A stretch of 43,753 nt of DNA, taken from an uncultured Nitrospirales bacterium. Its GTDB lineage: Bacteria > Hydrogenedentota > Hydrogenedentia > Hydrogenedentales > CAITNO01. Each line of letters opens with the position of its first letter. Position 1 is the first letter of the stretch. The notes beneath the pieces are model-generated. The model was not told the origin of the DNA. It worked only from the letters and a program-made list of their open reading frames with translations, and made no database searches. Below, piece after piece: positions 38,514 through 43,753 of this stretch. Location of the stretch: contig CAZBNU010000006.1 in the NCBI GenBank assembly GCA_964493075.1, positions 1-43,753 on the forward strand. Reading direction: 5' to 3'. The position numbers were made by a program, and so were the translations under genes.

Positions 38514-39745
38514 TACGCAAAAACCTTTCTTACCTGGTGCAGCCCGCGTACCAGAGTGTCAATATCCTGCTTCGTGTTGTAAAGGCCAAATGAGGCGCGG
38601 GCTGTGGCCGGTATGCCATAAAACTGCATCAGCGGTTGGGCACAATGATGACCGGAACGGATGGCTACGCATTCATGGTCCAATAACTGGGCAATATCAT
38701 GAGGATGGGCGCAGTCCATGGTAAATGATAGCACACTGGATTTGTGGGTTGCAGTGCCGAGTATGGTAAGCCCCTCGATTGTTGTCAACGCTTCCGACGC
38801 ATACTGCAACAATTCCTGTTCGTGTTTTATGATGCTATCCATACCGATACCCTCAAGGTACTCAACAGCAGCAGCCAATCCTGCAGCGCCGGCGATGTGC
38901 GGCGTGCCCGCCTCAAACTTCTCAGGGGCGTTTCTGAAGGTAGTTTCATCAAAAGTCACCGTGGTGATCATGCCACTGCCGGTCTGGAAGGGACACATCG
39001 CTTCCAGCAGTTCTGTGCGCCCACATAACACGCCGATGCCGGTAGGACCATACATTTTGTGACCGGAGCAACAGAAGAAGTCTGCCCCCATTTCCTGCAG
39101 AACAATTTTCAGGTGCGCCGCACTCTGGGCGCCATCCACGAGGCATACTGCCCCCTGACTTCTTGCCTTGCTGCAAATATCCCGAACAGGATTTACTGTG
39201 CCGAGCACATTGGATATATGCGTTACGGCTACGAGTTTCGTTCGTTCATTCAGCAGACGGTCAAATTCGGCCATGACCAATTCCCCCGATTCGGTGATGG
39301 GAACTACCCGAAGATTCGCGCCTGTTGACCGGCACAGCATTTGCCAGGGCACGATATTCGAATGATGTTCCATCTGGGTTATCAGAATTTCATCATCGGC
39401 ATGCAAGAAGGATTGTCCGAATCCATGAGCCACCAAGTTTATGGACTCCGTGGTACCGGAAGTAAACACGGTTTCGTAGCCAGCATCGGCGCCTAGAAAT
39501 CCGCTGACAGTTTTTCGTGCAGCATCATAGCTTTCGGAAGCCTTCTGACTGAGATAATGCAGACCACGATTCACATTGGCATTTTGGCAGGTGTAAAAGT
39601 TCACCAGCGCGTCAATGACGCACTGGGGCTTCTGGGTCGTAGCGGCGTTGTCCAGGTAAGCAGGCAATTTACCCTGTATCGGGACACGGAGTATTGTAAA
39701 ATCGTTGCGGAAAGCATCGTTATCTTTGTTGGCGTGAGTACTCAA
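38513..39745 (-). CDS. sufS: Cysteine desulfurase SufS (group II)
   Basis: 410 aa with a TTG start. PLP-Lys context SGHKMYGPTGIGVL and active-site RSGHHCAQPLM. Its stop overlaps the sufU start by 1 nt. Confidence 0.92.
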   Translation of the reverse strand: MSTHANKDNDAFRNDFTILRVPIQGKLPAYLDNAATTQKPQCVIDALVNFYTCQNANVNRGLHYLSQKASESYDAARKTVSGFLGADAGYETVFTSGTTESINLVAHGFGQSFLHADDEILITQMEHHSNIVPWQMLCRSTGANLRVVPITESGELVMAEFDRLLNERTKLVAVTHISNVLGTVNPVRDICSKARSQGAVCLVDGAQSAAHLKIVLQEMGADFFCCSGHKMYGPTGIGVLCGRTELLEAMCPFQTGSGMITTVTFDETTFRNAPEKFEAGTPHIAGAAGLAAAVEYLEGIGMDSIIKHEQELLQYASEALTTIEGLTILGTATHKSSVLSFTMDCAHPHDIAQLLDHECVAIRSGHHCAQPLMQFYGIPATARASFGLYNTKQDIDTLVRGLHQVRKVFA

Positions 39746-39802
39746 TATTGTCTTTCAATTGTAAGTTAGTGTCTTTATATTATGCCCTGTTCAGTCGGAC
39801 AA

Positions 39803-39839
39803 TAGAAAATCAGGCTTTTGCACAAGACAAAAGCCTGAT
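39803..39839 (-). terminator. Intrinsic terminator after the DUF1559 gene
   Basis: A 12-bp stem, ATCAGGCTTTTG (39809-39820) with CAAAAGCCTGAT (39828-39839). On the minus strand it is followed by TTTTCT. Confidence 0.7.
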
Positions 39840-39881
39840 AATTTCAGTCATGGTTGCTTACTTAAAGCAAGCAGATTCTGC

Positions 39882-40892
39882 TTAGATGTTCGCCATCAAA
39901 CCACCAACGAAACTGGCAACTGGTCCGTTAATTGGTCCGGGGCCAAATTCTTCATAGCGCATGAATTCAACGTGGCCGTCCATGTATAGAATATTGGAGC
40001 CGCCTGGGATGTGGTTGAATTCTTGAAGGCTGGTGGAAACACCGTCAGCCATGAGAAAAAGTGTACTCTGTGCCATTGCCGAAGCGCCGGGGTTATTAAT
40101 GTCGGTAATCATGAAACGTTCAATACCTTCGCGGAACCGATATACCTTTGTGCTTGTGCTGCCCGGTCCGCCGCCATTACCAAATCCTGCAGGAACAGTG
40201 GCATCATCCAGTAATTTTTTAAATACATAATCAGCTGTATTGGCATCGGCCCCGGAATTAAGCAGCAAGGTTAATTCGCGGTCTAAAGCAGTTGCGACCA
40301 TCTGTGTAGGCGCATCCACGTTAACACTATTAATCGGAATCTGCGTTATAAAAGCAGGGTCATTGGGAAACAGATCAAAAACATAACCCATATACCAGTA
40401 ACTGTCATCAGCAGACTGCATACCCGAATAACCACCAGTGCACATGATGTTAAAGATGGGATCGCCAACCGAAACGACTGCGCCGCTATTGGTGACAAAC
40501 GGCGATTTACATAAGGCATCTCCTGGGTCATTATTAGGATCAGAAGGGCAATAATTAATTGCCGGATCCGTGAGATATTCAGGATAGAGGCTGCCCATAT
40601 AAGCACCGGCGGCAATCACAAACTGCTTTGAGGTTCCACCTTCATTATTGCAATCAGAAGTACCATCCCAAGCTGGGGCAGCGCACATGGGGGGATAAGA
40701 TTCCCCTTTGGATTCATTCGAATACATCTTGAATACCAGCCCCCATTGTTTCAGATTGTTCTGGCAGCTGGAGCGGCGCGCTGCTTCACGGGCGCGTGCA
40801 AGGGCCGGGAGCAGAATGGCGGCAAGAATACCGATAATGGCTATAACGACCAACAGTTCAATGAGCGTAAATCCTTTGTGTTTTTTTAGCAT
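39882..40892 (-). CDS. Prepilin-type N-terminal cleavage/methylation domain protein with a DUF1559 (H-X9-DG) C-terminal region
   Basis: [44 protein letters not shown] leader and helix. C-terminal [27 protein letters not shown]. Confidence 0.85.
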   Translation of the reverse strand: MLKKHKGFTLIELLVVIAIIGILAAILLPALARAREAARRSSCQNNLKQWGLVFKMYSNESKGESYPPMCAAPAWDGTSDCNNEGGTSKQFVIAAGAYMGSLYPEYLTDPAINYCPSDPNNDPGDALCKSPFVTNSGAVVSVGDPIFNIMCTGGYSGMQSADDSYWYMGYVFDLFPNDPAFITQIPINSVNVDAPTQMVATALDRELTLLLNSGADANTADYVFKKLLDDATVPAGFGNGGGPGSTSTKVYRFREGIERFMITDINNPGASAMAQSTLFLMADGVSTSLQEFNHIPGGSNILYMDGHVEFMRYEEFGPGPINGPVASFVGGLMANI

Positions 40893-41080
40893 CTTGATTT
40901 CTCCTTATTTTTGATACAAAAAGCATACAACACACACAAGACAAAAAGACGTCGTGACAACAGCGGACGGTAATCAATTACCGCATGGTGTAGGAAAAAG
41001 CCTCCAAATTCCTCCTGTGTTACATGAACAAAAAGGCTTACCGCCACTATTAAGCACTTTTCAACTTTACGAACCAAGTT

Positions 41081-41109
41081 TATTCTATCACAACCCATCC
41101 TGATTTTCA
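41081..41109 (-). promoter_or_regulatory. Putative sigma70 promoter for the DUF1559 gene, implying a ~180-nt 5' UTR
   Basis: Read on the minus strand: TTGAAA (41109-41104), a 17-nt spacer, then TAGAAT (41086-41081) preceded by TGA (extended -10-like). Confidence 0.45.
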
Positions 41110-41232
41110 AGCACGAATTTCAGATTGTTGTACAGACACTTTTGATAATACAATTTACAATTGAAGTCGGAAAACTTTACTGAAATGTAATTGCCCGGTA
41201 AGTCTGGCAATCTATGGTTATTGTGCGTTCAA

Positions 41233-41329
41233 AAATACCGTCATTCACGCGAAAGCGGGAATCCATTGCCATAACAACAGTGTATCCGCTGTTTTCTGGA
41301 TTCCCGCTTTCGCGGGAATGACGGTATTT
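41233..41329. repeat. Palindromic element E4: 33-bp inverted arms with 1 mismatch, 31-nt loop, CGTCATT termini; each arm is itself a hairpin unit
   Basis: AAATACCGTCATTCACGCGAAAGCGGGAATCCA (41233-41265) against TGGATTCCCGCTTTCGCGGGAATGACGGTATTT (41297-41329). The nested unit ATTCCCGC-TTTC-GCGGGAAT lies inside the right arm. Confidence 0.9.
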
Positions 41330-41427
41330 CGCTGTCACTAAGGTACATTAAGCGATCTGCGTGACAGTTTCTCTGAAATTACGAATCAATCTGGAGTATA
41401 ATGGCAGGAACAAAAGAAGGAGGAGAC

Positions 41428-43599
41428 ATGAGATACTTCACACGCAATGGGATGCTTTGTACGACACCACTGTTCTGCCTGCTATTTTTAACTCTTGGAT
41501 GCACGGATCAGCCACAGGACTATGCCTCTTTTATTCCAGAAAAAGGGCTTTACGATGTGCGTATCCTGCGTGATACCTGGGGAACACCGCATATATACGG
41601 TGTCCGTGATGCTGATACGGCGTATGGTCTCGGTTTTGCCCATAGCGAAGATGATTTCGTTTATATGGAAGAGACTATTCTCACCGTGCGTGGCGAACTT
41701 GCACGTAAACTTGGCCGGGACTGGGCAAAATTCGATTATATCGTTTCCCTTTTCCGAGTCAGAGAGTTTACTGAGCAACACTACGATACCGAGATAAGTG
41801 ATGAATTGCGTGCTGTAGCGGAAGGATACGCTGCGGGTATTACGCACTTTGCTGCGCTTAATCCCGACAAAATGCCGCACATAAAACTTCCGGTCACGGG
41901 TAAAGACATCATCGCCGGGGTCATGCTGAAGGCACCTTTCTTTTACGAATTACATCGGGCACTTCAAAAGATGCTTGAAAGCGGCAGCATTAAAATGGAC
42001 AAAGCAGGCGTTGTGGCTTTTAACGCCCTTCGGGACAATCCTTTCAGTCGCGACCTGCCCATTGGTTCCAACGCCTGGGCGGTGGGACCCGCCAGAAGTG
42101 CCGATGGGGCCACGCGCCTTGCCATCAACAGCCACATGCCGTGGGAGGGACAGGTGACCTGGTACGAAGCGCACCTTCACAGCGAAGAAGGCTGGGACGT
42201 TATCGGCGGCACCTTCCCCGGTGGCCCCATGATTTTCAAAGGGCATAACGCGAACATGGGCTGGTGTCATACCATCAACCGGCCCGGTCTTGCAGACATA
42301 TACGAACTCACCATGAATCCGGATAACCCGTATCAATACGAACTGGACGGGGAATGGAAAGAACTCGAACGGGGCACGGCGCGGATGAACGTGCGCCTGT
42401 GGGGCAACCTCATTATTCCTGTGAGCAAGGAAACCTTGTGGTCTGTACATGGTCCCGTAGTGCGTCAGGGGAACAGAACGCTGGCGTTGCGTTTTGTAGG
42501 CTATGGCGAAGCACGTCCCCTGGAACAATGGTTTCGCATGAACAAGGCGCAGAATCTTGACGATTTTATGGCAGCCATGAATATGGGGGAAATGTTATCC
42601 TTTAACACCCTCTATGCCGATCGGGATGGCAACCTGTTTTACGCCTACGTAGGAAAATTTCCGGTGCGTGCGCAGGAGTTTAACTGGAATGAAATACTGC
42701 CGGGCAATACCTCAAAAGCCATCTGGACAGCGTATCACCCTTTCAGTGACGCGCCCCAGGTGCTGAATCCTCCTTCGGCATTTATACAAAGCTGCAACAG
42801 TGGTCCCTTCTATACCACGGTGGGAGAAGGGAATCCTTTGCCGGAACAGTTCACCCCGGACATGCGCATTGAGACCCATCGGACAAACCGATCTGGACGG
42901 GCGCTTGCGTTGTATGGCGGAGATACTTCCATCACCAGGGAGGAGTTTTACGCTTACAAATACGACAAAGTCTACACCCCCGTTTCCCGGTTTGCCAGCT
43001 GGCAGCGGGACGTGGCGGCAGCGGAACTGGCCCCTGATTCGGATCTCGCTGAAGCGGTGGCGTTGATTGGCGGTTGGGATTTGTCCGGAACCCCTGACCG
43101 CAAAGAAACAGCGCTGGCTATGCTGGCGATGGAATTGGGCCCTTCAGAAAATTCCCCTGCTGATGAGCCGGATGCGCTGAAGAAGCTGCGTAGTGCAGTG
43201 GAGTACATGCTGGAAAAGCACGGCCGGATAGACGTGCCCTGGGGAGAGATGCTGCGATTGCGACGGGGGAATACAGACCTTGCCCTTGGCGGGTGTCCGG
43301 ACTGCTTGCGCGCTGTGGACATCAAATTGCAGGAGGATGGTCGTTTTGTCGGTATCAATGGGGATTGCTTCTACCAGATAGTGGAATGGACAGCAGATGG
43401 GGAAATGCGCTCGGAAAGCGTGCATCAGTACGGTACGGCTGCCTCCGACGTGGACTCGCCCCATTACGCGGATCAGGCGGAACTGTTTGCGTCGGAAACA
43501 ATGCGGCCCACTCTATATTATGAAAAAGATATTCGTGCCAATCTGGCCCGTGAATATCGTCCCGGTGATTTTGCGGGCTCATGGTACGACATGCCATAA
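41428..43599 (+). CDS. Penicillin/AHL acylase family (Ntn hydrolase) lipoprotein
   Basis: ATG at 41428 preceded by AAGGAGG. Lipobox LTLGC. Autoprocessing and nucleophile site PIGSNAWAV. Confidence 0.85.
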   Translation: MRYFTRNGMLCTTPLFCLLFLTLGCTDQPQDYASFIPEKGLYDVRILRDTWGTPHIYGVRDADTAYGLGFAHSEDDFVYMEETILTVRGELARKLGRDWAKFDYIVSLFRVREFTEQHYDTEISDELRAVAEGYAAGITHFAALNPDKMPHIKLPVTGKDIIAGVMLKAPFFYELHRALQKMLESGSIKMDKAGVVAFNALRDNPFSRDLPIGSNAWAVGPARSADGATRLAINSHMPWEGQVTWYEAHLHSEEGWDVIGGTFPGGPMIFKGHNANMGWCHTINRPGLADIYELTMNPDNPYQYELDGEWKELERGTARMNVRLWGNLIIPVSKETLWSVHGPVVRQGNRTLALRFVGYGEARPLEQWFRMNKAQNLDDFMAAMNMGEMLSFNTLYADRDGNLFYAYVGKFPVRAQEFNWNEILPGNTSKAIWTAYHPFSDAPQVLNPPSAFIQSCNSGPFYTTVGEGNPLPEQFTPDMRIETHRTNRSGRALALYGGDTSITREEFYAYKYDKVYTPVSRFASWQRDVAAAELAPDSDLAEAVALIGGWDLSGTPDRKETALAMLAMELGPSENSPADEPDALKKLRSAVEYMLEKHGRIDVPWGEMLRLRRGNTDLALGGCPDCLRAVDIKLQEDGRFVGINGDCFYQIVEWTADGEMRSESVHQYGTAASDVDSPHYADQAELFASETMRPTLYYEKDIRANLAREYRPGDFAGSWYDMP

Positions 43600-43603
43600 T
43601 ACA

Positions 43604-43686
43604 TGCTTTAGTAGGCGTACCGTCCCAGGTGCGCCAAAATCCGCGTTGTAAGATGGCGCACCTGGGAAGGTACGCCTACTAAAGCA
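43604..43686. repeat. Palindromic element E5: 33-bp inverted arms with 1 mismatch, 17-nt loop, containing GTAGGCG
   Basis: TGCTTTAGTAGGCGTACCGTCCCAGGTGCGCCA (43604-43636) against TGGCGCACCTGGGAAGGTACGCCTACTAAAGCA (43654-43686). Starts 5 nt after the acylase stop, and no T-run follows. Confidence 0.9.
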
Positions 43687-43753
43687 GCAAATTAAAGCCG
43701 TTTTCCTTGTTCTTTTTGCTTTCAACAGGGGCTAACGCGTAAAGTATACGGCG

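Noticed and set aside
40886-41110. 74-aa minus-strand ORF upstream of and overlapping the DUF1559 start
   Set aside because: It overlaps the DUF1559 RBS and start, has no RBS of its own and no homology. It probably lies within the 5' UTR.
43728-43753. GGGGCTAACGCG... at the window end, superficially like a tmRNA 5' end
   Set aside because: It lacks the conserved TTCGAC/acceptor context, and too little sequence remains in the window to judge.
1-43753. Looked for CRISPR arrays, tandem spacer-repeat structures, transposase/integrase/reverse-transcriptase genes, rRNA and tRNA genes
   Set aside because: I saw no regularly spaced direct repeats, and no ORF with DDE, tyrosine-recombinase, serine-recombinase or RT motifs. 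The intergenic gaps contain only the palindromes, promoters and terminators listed above.

Overview
This 43.7 kb window looks like bacterial chromosome, about 50% GC by eye, and most of it is housekeeping genes. These include uvrB, rel/spoT, apgM-like, cimA, nfnAB, folC, accD, cysK, hslV and sufSU. A prepilin-leader/DUF1559-type protein and the style of the intergenic repeats suggest an environmental, possibly PVC-like lineage; this is inference only.

Three kinds of accessory material sit between the core genes:
1. Four small toxin-antitoxin-like modules: hicAB, UPF0175 with a degenerate DUF3368/PIN, DUF4160/DUF2442, and an orphan MNT nucleotidyltransferase followed by a GNAT.
2. At least five long, near-perfect inverted-repeat elements with arms of 24-33 bp and at most one mismatch. 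All are intergenic, and their sequences are unrelated apart from shared termini (CGTCATT or GTAGG). They resemble paired REP (BIME-like) units.
3. An uncharacterised co-directional gene pair directly behind a minimal sufS-sufU pair: a DUF1638-like Cys-rich protein and a 638-aa protein with a PEPCK/HprK-like P-loop. This is my best candidate for an undescribed system.

Other content:
- a two-component operon (HTH-REC regulator plus a 1204-aa hybrid kinase) with a heterodimeric ABC exporter
- a four-PDZ HtrA-like protease
- a GT39-like/TPR membrane protein
- an SSF symporter
- a lipoprotein penicillin-acylase homologue
- an orphan intrinsic terminator just upstream of the Zn-ribbon-accD-folC operon, which suggests a leader, attenuator or small RNA

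I saw no CRISPR array, transposase, integrase, reverse transcriptase, rRNA or tRNA. All family assignments come from motif and sequence recollection, not from searches.
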